NCBI GenBank assembly: GCA_963699545.1
Contig: CAVOUE010000003.1
Location: 448,001-512,000, forward strand
Reading direction: 5' to 3'
Source: Nitrospirota bacterium
Lineage (GTDB): Bacteria; Nitrospirota; Thermodesulfovibrionia; Thermodesulfovibrionales; UBA9159
Length of the DNA stretch: 64,000 bases
Shown: in pieces, positions 30,835-40,516 of the stretch
Layout of the letters: the number at the start of each line of letters is the position of its first letter
Position numbering within the stretch: the first letter of the stretch is position 1
Notes under the pieces: model-generated
Databases searched by the model: none
What the model saw: the letters and a program-made list of their open reading frames with translations, nothing else
Told to the model about the DNA's origin: nothing
Position numbers and translations under genes: made by a program

Positions 30835-32700
30835 ATGGCAGTGCGGCTGACAACGGGGAAGACGGTACCGGTTTCTGAAGGCGATGATCTTTATCATGGG
30901 CTGAAGGGCCAGGGGGTCTATCTCGTCGCTTCGTGCGGAGGCAAAGGGACCTGCGGAAAGTGCAAGGTGAGGATCGTGGAGGGGCAGTCCGAATCTGCTT
31001 CCCACGGGAAGCTCGGCCAGAAGGAGAGGGAGCAGGGTTTTGTGCTTGCATGCCAGACCCATCCAAAAGGGGATATCCTGATAGATATCCCGAAGGAATC
31101 CATGCTCGCGGTGGGGGATAAGATCGCGATCTCGAAAGCACGGGACCTTTTCGAGCTCTTTGAAGCGTTTCATGTGCCGGTCTCCCCTGTAGTCAGGCAT
31201 CTCTGCCTTGAAGTGCCCCCCCCCACGATCCATGACAATATCAGCGATATCGAACGCCTGAAAAGGGTGCTGGAGGAGAGGGGAATAAAGGGGATGAGAT
31301 TTTCACACGCGTTTGTCTCATCCATGGCAAAGGCCTTGAGGGAAGCGGACTGGAAGATCATCCTGGGATATACAGAGGATTCAGAGGGGGTCTTCATCGA
31401 CGACGCCAATAACTATAAAGATAAATACGGCCTCGCTATTGATATCGGAACGACGACCGTGGTCGTTGACCTTGTGGACCTTGCTGACGGGAGGCTTGTT
31501 GATGTGGGGTCCACGTACAACTCCCAGATGAGGTTCGGTGATGACGTAATAACGCGTATTATTCATGCCACAGAAGGAGGAGGGCTTTCCGAACTGAAGA
31601 ATGCCGTAATCGGTGATATTAATGATATTATCACCCCCCTGGCGGAGCGCCATTCCATAGGAAGGGAAGAGATCGAATCTGTTGTGGTGGCGGGCAATAC
31701 CACCATGTCTCAGTTGTTCTGGGGGCTTGACCCCGCACCTATCAGGGAGGAACCTTATATTCCTACCGTGAATTTCTTCCCGAAATGGAAGGCGGGGACT
31801 GCGAAGATCGCAGTGAATTCCCAGGCCCCTGTGTATACAGTTCCGTGTGTTGCCAGTTATGTTGGCGGTGATATCGTTGCAGGGGTTCTCGCATCAAGGA
31901 TGCACAAGAACCCGGAGATAGCCCTTTTCATGGATATCGGGACAAACGGGGAGATCGCCGTCGGAAACAACGAGTGGCTCATGACCGCAGCCTGTTCTGC
32001 CGGCCCGTGTTTTGAGGGAAGCGGCATCAGGCACGGGATGCGGGCGACCGAAGGAGCCATCGAGAAGGTGAGGATCGACCCAAGAACATACGAGCCTGAA
32101 CTGGGAATCATCGGGGATGCGAAACCCGTGGGGATATGCGGCTCAGGCATGATCGATGCCATATCCGAGATGTTCCTCACAGGGGTCATTGACCAGAAGG
32201 GGAGACTCGTCCGAAACAGAAAAACGGACAGGATCCGTGAAGGCGAAGACGGCTTCGAGTTTGTCTTTTCCCGGGAAGGAGGGGATGTGGCGCTCACCGA
32301 GGCGGACATCGAAAATATCATCAGGGCAAAGGCGGCAATTTACGCAGGGGTATCCCTTCTCTTGAAGGAGGTGGGATTCGGCCTGGACGCTGTGGAACGG
32401 GTCTACATCGCTGGAGGGTTTGGGAATTATCTGAACGTTGAGAGGGCCATTATCCTCGGGATGCTGCCTGACCTGCCCAGGGATAAGTTCACCTTCCTCG
32501 GGAATACGTCCATTACGGGTGCATATCTCTGCCTGCTTTCTGAAGACCTCAGGAGAGAGGCAGAGGAGATCGCCTCACGAATGACCTACATGGAGCTTTC
32601 GGTCTCCAGGGGATTTATGGATGAGTACCTTTCCGCTCTTTTTCTGCCTCATACCGACATCGGACTTTTCCCTACGGTGGCAAATCTCATGAAGAAGTGA
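30835..32700 (+). CDS. ASKHA-type reductive activator of corrinoid proteins (RACo/AcsV-like) with [2Fe-2S] domain
   Basis: CGGKGTCGKC...LACQ, DIGTTT, DIGTNGE, AGPCFEG, GICGSG, AGGFG. Confidence 0.95.
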   Translation: MAVRLTTGKTVPVSEGDDLYHGLKGQGVYLVASCGGKGTCGKCKVRIVEGQSESASHGKLGQKEREQGFVLACQTHPKGDILIDIPKESMLAVGDKIAISKARDLFELFEAFHVPVSPVVRHLCLEVPPPTIHDNISDIERLKRVLEERGIKGMRFSHAFVSSMAKALREADWKIILGYTEDSEGVFIDDANNYKDKYGLAIDIGTTTVVVDLVDLADGRLVDVGSTYNSQMRFGDDVITRIIHATEGGGLSELKNAVIGDINDIITPLAERHSIGREEIESVVVAGNTTMSQLFWGLDPAPIREEPYIPTVNFFPKWKAGTAKIAVNSQAPVYTVPCVASYVGGDIVAGVLASRMHKNPEIALFMDIGTNGEIAVGNNEWLMTAACSAGPCFEGSGIRHGMRATEGAIEKVRIDPRTYEPELGIIGDAKPVGICGSGMIDAISEMFLTGVIDQKGRLVRNRKTDRIREGEDGFEFVFSREGGDVALTEADIENIIRAKAAIYAGVSLLLKEVGFGLDAVERVYIAGGFGNYLNVERAIILGMLPDLPRDKFTFLGNTSITGAYLCLLSEDLRREAEEIASRMTYMELSVSRGFMDEYLSALFLPHTDIGLFPTVANLMKK

Positions 32701-33317
32701 GAATGGAATTTAACCCGAACACGCATATATTCAAGTCGCCGAAGGTCCATGCCATAATCAAGGAAGCAATCGCCTTTCTGAACCGCACTTCTGCCTATCA
32801 ATTGCCACCGCCGGAACCTTTCATCGGCACGGGGGTTTACTGCCTCTACTACTTTGGCAATTTTGACCTTTACAAGAAGTTCGCTTGCCTTGACATTACC
32901 GAATGCACTCAACCGATTTACGTAGGAAAAGCTGTGCCAAAAGGCTGGCGAACGGCGCGTACAGGAAGCGAGGCGGATTCCACTTTATATGGCCGACTGA
33001 GAGAACATGCGAGAAACATTAACCAGGGGGCCGGGTTGGATATCAAAGACTTCAAATGCCGGTTTATGATTTTGAAAGGCAACGAAAGCAGCATGATTAC
33101 CATTGTTGAAGCGGCCTTGATCAGAAAATACAAGCCACTCTGGAACACGGTTGTTGACGGATTCGGCAACCACGACCCAGGCTCAGGTCGGTACGATCAG
33201 GCTAAGTCAGAGTGGGATGTGCTTCATCCCGGCAGAACGTGGGCTGAGAAACTTAGAGGGAAGTCACCAGCTTTGGAAGGGACAAAAGCCAAAATCAAAA
33301 ATACTTTAAAGTCCTGA
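32697..33317 (+). CDS. Eco29kI-family GIY-YIG type II restriction endonuclease
   Basis: GVYCLYY, IYVGKAVP, RLREH, EAALI...PLWN..VDGFGNHDPGSGRYDQ..S.WD..HPGR.WA. Confidence 0.93.
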   Translation: MRMEFNPNTHIFKSPKVHAIIKEAIAFLNRTSAYQLPPPEPFIGTGVYCLYYFGNFDLYKKFACLDITECTQPIYVGKAVPKGWRTARTGSEADSTLYGRLREHARNINQGAGLDIKDFKCRFMILKGNESSMITIVEAALIRKYKPLWNTVVDGFGNHDPGSGRYDQAKSEWDVLHPGRTWAEKLRGKSPALEGTKAKIKNTLKS

Positions 33318-33342
33318 CACGGTCACAAGTAAGCCACCTGTT

Positions 33343-33403
33343 TGTCATTCCCGTTTGTCGGGAATCCTTCTTTAAGAAAGATGCCGGACAAGCCGGCATG
33401 ACA
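33343..33403 (+). repeat. REP-like palindromic element, GTCATTCC...GGAATGAC family, copy 1
   Basis: TGTCATTCCCG..CGGGAATCCTTC..GAAAGATGCCGGACAAGCCGGCATGACA. Confidence 0.85.
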
Positions 33404-33416
33404 GAGCGAGGGTAAA

Positions 33417-34802
33417 CTACGGCTTTCTTAGAACAACCACAGCCTCGTAAAGCTGGTGGGAGGATGTGGCTTTAGCAACCCTGACATCGGACTGGATTAT
33501 GCTGTTGCCGACTCGTGTTGCCCGGGGAATATCGATCTTCACTAATTCCAGTCCTGCGGATTCCGCGATCTTCGCAAAGTATTCATCTGTCGGAATCATC
33601 ACGCCTTGCAGAATGCTGTTGCCGATGACAACCAGCGCCGTCCCTCGGCGTTTTAATACATAACGAATGCCCTCTGCGAACCTGTGGCAGTCATTGAAAT
33701 ATGCCGCAGCATAATTAGCCCAACCGTTACCTCCATAAGGTCCTTTCTCCCCATTCAGCTTTCTGAGCATTTGTAACCGCTCCCCGATGTCTGTATGAGG
33801 CAAAGCAAAAGACAGGTCCAACCGCTTAAGGTCACGGACAGTCTGCCAGAACTTGCCGAAATTCATGTCCTCAAGTTTTTTCAGATCGTCAGGGGAATGT
33901 GCGTATCCCAGCCAGTAAAGCTGAGGGCGGGTATTCCGATTGTAGTGGTAATTATTCAGATAGGGCGGCGATGTAATGACAAGATCAACAGATGAAGGCG
34001 AAAGATGCTTCCGGCAATGGAAAAAGGAGTCATTGATGATCCGCACATCTAAATTGTTATGCTCCATCTGTTCCTGCATCCATGCGATATCTTCTGCCAT
34101 ATCGGTAAGTTTATCGGTGATCGCTTTTGCCACGGGGAAGTCATGGATTTCTTCCCGGCCTGCGCTGACGCGTCTGCCAAGGCTCGGCTCATAAGAATAG
34201 TTGGAATAGCTGACCATGGTTGAGGCAAAGGCAAGCCGGAAGAGATCGCGGAGATTATCGTCTTCGATAGCAAGAACAAAGTCCTGAACGATCAAGACCT
34301 TGTGAAGCACCTGGGAGCTGTAGAAAGTCGCCCTAGTCTTGAATCCCTTCGGCGGCGTGCTCTGCGGCGTATAATGCGATGAAATTGTTTTCTTATAAAA
34401 GTGCCTGAAGTCATCGATTTTAGAAGTGAATTCATCTAAGTCTATGCGATGGGCATTTGCCTTGGCGCTGCTGGCGAGGACAGCATAAGGATTTATTTCA
34501 AACCCAATGGCATTATGTCCGCCAAGGATAGCCTCAACCAGGGTCGTGCCGACGCCGCAAAAGGGGTCTAAGACCGTGCCTTTCTTCTTGAGATATCCGT
34601 TCAAAGCACTCTTAACAAAATCACTCGAAAATCCCGCGATCCACGGAACCCACCTGTGGATCGGCAGCGTCTTGTTGCCGGCAAAGTTGGGATCGCTGAA
34701 ACCGGCCTCTTTCGTGCTTGCCGGAGTTTCCCGATTTTCCGGTATTACAGGAAGTCGCAATTGTGCGGCTGGCCTTCTGTTTGTCTTTATCACTGTTGCC
34801 AT
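33417..34802 (-). CDS. Alpha-class DNA methyltransferase, probably N4-cytosine; cognate of the endonuclease
   Basis: Motif I LDPFCGVGTT precedes motif IV ITSPPY; convergent with the endonuclease gene. Confidence 0.9.
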   Translation of the reverse strand: MATVIKTNRRPAAQLRLPVIPENRETPASTKEAGFSDPNFAGNKTLPIHRWVPWIAGFSSDFVKSALNGYLKKKGTVLDPFCGVGTTLVEAILGGHNAIGFEINPYAVLASSAKANAHRIDLDEFTSKIDDFRHFYKKTISSHYTPQSTPPKGFKTRATFYSSQVLHKVLIVQDFVLAIEDDNLRDLFRLAFASTMVSYSNYSYEPSLGRRVSAGREEIHDFPVAKAITDKLTDMAEDIAWMQEQMEHNNLDVRIINDSFFHCRKHLSPSSVDLVITSPPYLNNYHYNRNTRPQLYWLGYAHSPDDLKKLEDMNFGKFWQTVRDLKRLDLSFALPHTDIGERLQMLRKLNGEKGPYGGNGWANYAAAYFNDCHRFAEGIRYVLKRRGTALVVIGNSILQGVMIPTDEYFAKIAESAGLELVKIDIPRATRVGNSIIQSDVRVAKATSSHQLYEAVVVLRKP

Positions 34803-34846
34803 CGTGTTAAAAGGCCAACTTGTGCATATCCATTAACTAGGTTCGT

Positions 34847-34916
34847 TGTCATTCCCGCAAGCGAAGCGCGTCGGGAATCCTTCTTAGGGAAAGATTCCGG
34901 ACAAGCCGGAATGACA
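34847..34916 (+). repeat. REP-like palindromic element, copy 2
   Basis: TGTCATTCCCGCAAGCGAAGCGCGTCGGGAATCCTTC..GAAAGATTCCGGACAAGCCGGAATGACA. Confidence 0.88.
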
Positions 34917-34950
34917 AGAAAAACTAAGAGGTCGGTTTCGTAGTAACCAA

Positions 34951-35205
34951 TCATTTAACCCTTGTTTTCAGGGTCACAAGCTGCCCCACGCCGTACTCCG
35001 GCTGAAGCTCTTTGATAATCGACCCCATCTCCTGCCGTTCCTTCACATCGTTTAAGACCTTTGCAAAGTCGTCAAAGCTGAGAATAACGGCTTTAGGATT
35101 CCCGCGCCGCTCAACGATATAGCGGGTGTGGTTTTGGGTCACATCGTCAAGAACCTGTCCGAAATTATTCTGGGCCTGAGTGGAGCTAACGCTTTTTATC
35201 GACAA
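34951..35205 (-). CDS. Phd/YefM-family antitoxin (no adjacent toxin)
   Basis: VSSTQAQNNFGQVLD.V....YIVERRGNPKAVILS; TTG start after GGAGG. Confidence 0.88.
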   Translation of the reverse strand: MSIKSVSSTQAQNNFGQVLDDVTQNHTRYIVERRGNPKAVILSFDDFAKVLNDVKERQEMGSIIKELQPEYGVGQLVTLKTRVK

Positions 35206-35222
35206 TACAACCTCCGTACTTG

Positions 35223-35278
35223 TTAGCCAAATTAGCTATATTAGCTATAATTATAGGAAGGGCATGCTCGTTTGTCAA
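35223..35278 (-). promoter_or_regulatory. Consensus sigma70 promoter with 3 x 9-bp operator-like repeats
   Basis: Minus strand TTGACA-N17-TATAAT (35278-35250); plus strand TTAGCCAAA TTAGCTATA TTAGCTATA at 35223-35249. Confidence 0.8.
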
Positions 35279-35423
35279 GGGGAAAGTGTGGCCGGTAACA
35301 AATTATGAAATCCGCCGTTGAGGCTTTCATAAAAGCCCGCTCATACGACGATTTTGCCGCTTTCAAATAACCCCTCCATCGCATTATAATAGTGCATCCC
35401 ATGAGAAAGGGCTGTTAGAGACA

Positions 35424-36611
35424 TTGGCTGGATTTGCTGATGATGATTGGATAAGGAAACTTCAGGAATCAATGACCCCGAAGAATTATGGCGTCTTCGA
35501 CGAAATTGAGCGTTTAAAGAAAATGTCTGACCACAGCGGACTCTCCAAACATATGGAAGAACTGTTAAGGACTTCTAAGGAGCATGATGAGTTGATAAGA
35601 AATCTAGCTCAGCCGTTATCGGAAAGGATGCATGAGTTGACACGCTCATTGAGAACGCCTTTTCATGAATTATGCCCAGTGGAAGACCTTCGTGATTCTT
35701 ATGAATCGATTGTGTCGGCAAATTCGGCGATAGCCGACATGCTGGAACAAAAGCAGTTCATTTATGACATAGCCACCCGCCATCGGCAAGAGCTTGCGGC
35801 GATTGAATCGCCAGCTTTTTCCGAATTGACCAGAATGTCTCAATATTCTGCCATAGGTGAAATTACCCTTGCCGCAGAGAAAGCTATATGTGGCATCAAC
35901 TGGAAAGATATGAGTAGCATTCTTTCCATGACATCCGATCGTATAATGATGGTTGAGGATTCCTTTCGGACGTTTCTGGACAGTTATTCTGAACTGTATC
36001 AGTCTATCAATGAGTCCAACGTCGACATTTCATCACTCGCATGGTTCGTAACTGAGTTGCCACCGGTTCAAGTATATACGGAAGCGGACCTTGCTCGGGC
36101 TTTATCGAGAACCTCTCCCGTCGACTCAGAAATAGTAATCCCGTTGGAGGAAGACTTTTCAGATGAAACTGAAGAATCCCTTGAGGCCGAGCTGGCAAAG
36201 ATTGACCCTGGCCTTCTGGATGCTTTACGCGGGGCAAAACTGGCCCTGAAATCAAATAATCCCGACCGGTCCCGTCACGTTACTGTTTCTTTAAGAGAAC
36301 TTATTACGTATACTCTTCATCGAATTGCTCCGGATGAAAAAGTTCTACAGTGGTCACCTGAACCGACACATGTTCACAACGGGAAACCTACCCGCGCGGC
36401 ACGTCTTCATTATGTCTGTCGTAGTGTCAACAATGGACCCTTTACCAAGTTTATGGAGCAGGATGTGAAATCCCACCTCTCATTCATAGACGTTTTTCAT
36501 CAGGGGACACACGGACTGAATACTGCCTTTACGGACAAGCAAATGGAATTGCTAATAGTCCGCACCGAAGCATTGTTGAGGTTTATGTTAACTGTTGAAA
36601 AGGACAATTGA
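35424..36611 (+). CDS. Protein with long helical N-terminus and C-terminal pPIWI_RE_Y-like (predicted pPIWI-associating nuclease) domain; start uncertain
   Basis: GA..AL.SNNPDRSRH...SLREL....LH..APDE.V..W...GKPTR..RL.Y...GTH; family recognised from recall. Confidence 0.75.
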   Translation: MAGFADDDWIRKLQESMTPKNYGVFDEIERLKKMSDHSGLSKHMEELLRTSKEHDELIRNLAQPLSERMHELTRSLRTPFHELCPVEDLRDSYESIVSANSAIADMLEQKQFIYDIATRHRQELAAIESPAFSELTRMSQYSAIGEITLAAEKAICGINWKDMSSILSMTSDRIMMVEDSFRTFLDSYSELYQSINESNVDISSLAWFVTELPPVQVYTEADLARALSRTSPVDSEIVIPLEEDFSDETEESLEAELAKIDPGLLDALRGAKLALKSNNPDRSRHVTVSLRELITYTLHRIAPDEKVLQWSPEPTHVHNGKPTRAARLHYVCRSVNNGPFTKFMEQDVKSHLSFIDVFHQGTHGLNTAFTDKQMELLIVRTEALLRFMLTVEKDN

Positions 36612-36894
36612 CACTACCCGAATGGAAGCAAATGAGGTTGGGGACTTTTTCGGGGACACCATACTTAACTCCTGAGTTTTGAATCTTTTTCGCCGTTCCC
36701 GTATGAGCATCTCTGTCAAGGCTATGGTTTCATCAAATCTTTTTTCAAGTCTTTTGAACATTGTTTCTATTTCTTTCATTGCCGGTTACCTCGATTTTTA
36801 TATGATCGTCACGGTATAAAGACTCGGTAAGAGTTTGGCTTGGTGATGCCTTGATGGTTGACAATTATTTCACAACAAATTACCATAAGTTTCG

Positions 36895-37407
36895 ATGGAC
36901 ATCCCGAAGCTTCCAACAGATAACCTTTATAAATTTATCGCTATGAGTGGGTTAATCACACTTATAATTAGTTTTCTATATCCTTTGTATTTTGAACATG
37001 AATTTGTTTTGAAGGTGCTTCAAAACACAACTGAAGCTACTAAAGCAAGAGTTGAATTAGATCATTTGACCGAAGACTTAAATAGTCTTATAAGGGAACT
37101 GGCTTCTCTTGATAAAGACTTCAAGCGTGGCAAACTGAAAGAATATGTAATAAGGGTTGAGCAAATGGCTATTACAGAAAAAGAAGTGAAAGAGAAGGGT
37201 AGACAGATTGCAATAAAGAATGCAGAAATTCAAGGGAAAGCAGAAGCGATTGATTACTTGAAAGCAAGTACGGAGATGATCAAAAATTATTCAATAGGGT
37301 TCAAAATCATAGGGCTTTCCTTAGCAGTATTTGGGTTCTATCTTTGGTATGTGAAATTACAAAGGTATCAAGATAAGCAAGTAAAAAAGGATGCGACAGG
37401 GACATAG
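36895..37407 (+). CDS. Hypothetical protein, two TM helices flanking a coiled coil
   Basis: LPTDNLYKF.A..GL, hydrophobic ends, GF.LWY.K.Q..QD; AT-rich. Confidence 0.8.
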   Translation: MDIPKLPTDNLYKFIAMSGLITLIISFLYPLYFEHEFVLKVLQNTTEATKARVELDHLTEDLNSLIRELASLDKDFKRGKLKEYVIRVEQMAITEKEVKEKGRQIAIKNAEIQGKAEAIDYLKASTEMIKNYSIGFKIIGLSLAVFGFYLWYVKLQRYQDKQVKKDATGT

Positions 37408-37564
37408 GCATTATTATTTTTAGCATCGAGGGGTTCCTTGCACAATTCCCACTCATCGTATCAAATCTCAAGGAGGACAGGTAACTTGCTAAGATTGCCT
37501 CTGTCAAGAGAGACAAAGAGGACCGGCTGTTTTTTCGTCCGGTGACAATTCCCGGAAGTCTCTC

Positions 37565-37912
37565 TTAATGCACCGGCCCGTCGGAAAGGAGCTTGTCCAC
37601 TTCCTCCCGTATCACCGTTCTTGGTATGCCGCCGTGCAGTTTGGGGATGCCGTTTATGAGGACAACGGGGGCATTGATCGCACCCTGGCTGAGCAGTTCC
37701 CGGATTTCCAGGAAAGCAACTTCATCGTTCATAAAAAGGTCTATATATTCCACGGAAACCACAGTGGGATAATTGTAGTTCATCTCCTTGCGCAGCTCAT
37801 CGGCAATGATTTTATTGCGAACGGGCTCATCAAATTCCTCTGCGTCGAGCATGACCCCTTCCATGGGATTGTCCAGTATCTGTATATGCACCCGGTGTAG
37901 CATTCTCTTCAT
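37565..37912 (-). CDS. Hypothetical protein, thioredoxin-like fold without cysteines
   Basis: VEYIDL...PVVLING...GG; ATGA overlap with the panC stop. Confidence 0.7.
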   Translation of the reverse strand: MKRMLHRVHIQILDNPMEGVMLDAEEFDEPVRNKIIADELRKEMNYNYPTVVSVEYIDLFMNDEVAFLEIRELLSQGAINAPVVLINGIPKLHGGIPRTVIREEVDKLLSDGPVH

Positions 37913-38796
37913 GTACCTCCGCACCGTGCAGGGTTCTCAGACTCACTGACACGGTTTACCAGCATATTGTCGATTAACCTCGTAGCGCCGATCTTAAGGG
38001 CAATGGCAAGCAGCGCTTCAGTGCTTATCTGCTCCACCTCATCCAGAGATTCCGGATCATAGGCCGAACAGTATTGTATCTCAGAGACGAGGGGTTCAGT
38101 CCTGAGCGCATCCCGCATGACTTTCTTTAGTACGCTTCCTTCTATTATACCAGATTTCACCCCTTCGGCCCCTTCCGAGAGAGCCCGGTAGATGACAGCG
38201 GCGGCCTTTCTCTCTTCCGCGCCGAGGTAGGCATTCCTCGAACTCATGGCGAGGCCGTCAGGTTCACGGATCGTAGGACAGGTCACTACGTCTACTGCAC
38301 TATTGAGATCCCTGACCATTTTTTTGATTACCAGGGTCTGCTGAAAATCCTTCTGCCCGAAATAGGCCCGGACTGGGCTGACAATGTGAAAGAGCTTTGC
38401 CACCACCGTGGCCACGCCCCTGAAATGTCCCGGCCGGTATGCTCCGCAGAGCCGTTCGGACAGACCACCCACCTCCACAAAGGCAGAAAACCCTTTGGGA
38501 TACATCAGAGAGTCATCGGGAAGAAAGAGGATATCCACGTTCTCTTTTTTCAGCTTGTCCCTGTCACCGTCAAAGTCCCGGGGGTATTTTGAAAGATCCT
38601 CTGCAGGGCCGAACTGTGTTGGATTTACATAGATACTCACCACGACGACATCGTTTTCCTCCCTGCACATCCTCACGAGGCTGAGATGGCCTTCGTGGAG
38701 GGCTCCCATGGTGGGAACGAACCCAACGGTCCTCCCGTGCATACGATGGGTTCCTGCCACATCCTGCATTATTCTTGGTGTCCGGATGATCTCCAT
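37909..38796 (-). CDS. panC: Pantoate-beta-alanine ligase
   Basis: VPTMGALHEGH, VNPTQF, RPGHF.GV, FGQKD.QQ, GLAMSSRN, RLIDN. Confidence 0.98.
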   Translation of the reverse strand: MEIIRTPRIMQDVAGTHRMHGRTVGFVPTMGALHEGHLSLVRMCREENDVVVVSIYVNPTQFGPAEDLSKYPRDFDGDRDKLKKENVDILFLPDDSLMYPKGFSAFVEVGGLSERLCGAYRPGHFRGVATVVAKLFHIVSPVRAYFGQKDFQQTLVIKKMVRDLNSAVDVVTCPTIREPDGLAMSSRNAYLGAEERKAAAVIYRALSEGAEGVKSGIIEGSVLKKVMRDALRTEPLVSEIQYCSAYDPESLDEVEQISTEALLAIALKIGATRLIDNMLVNRVSESENPARCGGT

Positions 38797-39011
38797 TTTT
38801 TCTCACGTGCTCTTCAAAAAACGAATAGCGATTTTACAACTTCTCAGGGATAAACGAAATCGTTAGCGAACGTCAGGATACGCCTTTTGCTATAAGCTAC
38901 TAAAAGCCGGCTATTTTGTCAAACGCCGGTCTATCATGAGCACACTTCAAGACGGTTGTGGTTTTTGATAGAATGAGGGTAAGCTGTGAGTGTTAGAGGG
39001 AGGTGTCGTTT

Positions 39012-40505
39012 ATGGTCGGAATTACAAAGAATTTTATCCATGGGGGATGGGAAGATGCCTTAACAGGAGAGACCTTTGAAAATAGAAACCCTGCTGACAC
39101 CGATGAGCTGGTGGGAATAGTGGTGAAGTCGGGAAAACCGGATGTGGACAGAGCTGTGGATGCTGCGCGTGAAGCGTACCGCACATGGAGGCTCTTCCCT
39201 GCCCCCAAAAGGGGCGAAATACTCTTCAGGGCCGCTGAGGCGCTGGTGAAAAGGAAAAAAGAACTTGGAGAGCTGGAGAACCCGCGAGATGGGGAAGATC
39301 CTTTCAGAAACCCTTGGTGACGTCCAGGAGGCCATTGATATGGCGTACTATATGGCGGGAGAAGGGAGAAGGCTTTCCGGAGAGACGATCCCCTCGGAGC
39401 TGCCGGACAAGGACTGTAAATCCGTCCGTGTCCCGGTGGGGGTCTGCGCCCTCATCACGCCATGGAATTTTCCCCTGGCCATACCTGCATGGAAGATAAT
39501 GCCTGCCCTGGTTTCCGGAAACACCGTGGTCTTCAAGCCGAGCAGTTTCACTTCCATCGCAGCTTCAAAGCTCGTGGAGATCCTTGATGAAGCAGGTCTG
39601 CCGAAGGGTGTCCTGAACCTCGTTCACGGGAGAGGAGAGGATATAGGGGAATACCTTGCCACACATCCCGGCATAGACGGCGTTTCCTTTACCGGCTCCA
39701 CGGCAGTGGGTGAAAAGCTTGCTGCGAAGTGCATCGAACTTGGGAAGAAGGTCTCCTGCGAGATGGGTGGCAAGAACGCTATTATTGTGATGGATGACGC
39801 AAACCTCGATCTGGCGGTAGAAGGGGCTGTCTGGGGCGGGTTCGGCACAACCCGGGCAGAGGTGCACGGCTGCAAGCCGCCTGGTTGTCCATGAGAATGT
39901 TTATGAGCGATTTCTCGATATGTTCACGAAAGCGGCATCGAAGCTGAGGCTGGGGAACGGTCTTCATAAAGAGACCGATGTGGGTCCTGTGGTCAACCTG
40001 TCCCAGATGGAGAAGGTGCTTAACTACATAGACATCGGCAAAAAGGAAGGCGCCAGGCTCCTTGTCGGGGGAAGGGCTTACCGGGAGGGTACATGCGGCA
40101 GGGGCCACTTCATCGAGCCGACCATTTTTTCCCGTGTGGAACCCGGGATGCGGATAGCCAGGGAAGGAGATCTTCGGGCCTGTAGTAGCCGTCCTGAAGG
40201 CAAAGGATCTGCAAGACGCCATAACCATCGCGAACGATACAAAGTACGGACTCGTCTCTGCCGTCTACACCCAGGATGTGAACAATTCGGCCGTGGCGGA
40301 ACGGGAACTGGACGCAGGCATTGTGTATATAAACGCTTCTACCATTGGTGCCGAGATCCAGCTGCCCTTTGGCGGGACAAAGAGGAGCGGCATCGGCCAC
40401 AGGGAGGCCGGCGGGAGAGGGGGCGCCCTGGACATGTTCACCAGGTGGAAGGTCATTTACCGTGACTACAGCGGAAAGCTCCAGAAGGCTCAGATAGACC
40501 GATAG
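39012..40505 (+). CDS. Aldehyde dehydrogenase (three frameshifts)
   Basis: ITPWNFP, FTGST, EMGGKN, HFIEPT, QLPFGG.K.SG.G across ORF pieces. Confidence 0.93.
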
Positions 40506-40516
40506 AAGAAGAATGT

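Noticed and set aside
36588-36779. 63-aa minus-strand ORF
   Set aside because: It runs into a REP-like motif and the neighbouring gene; no family signal.
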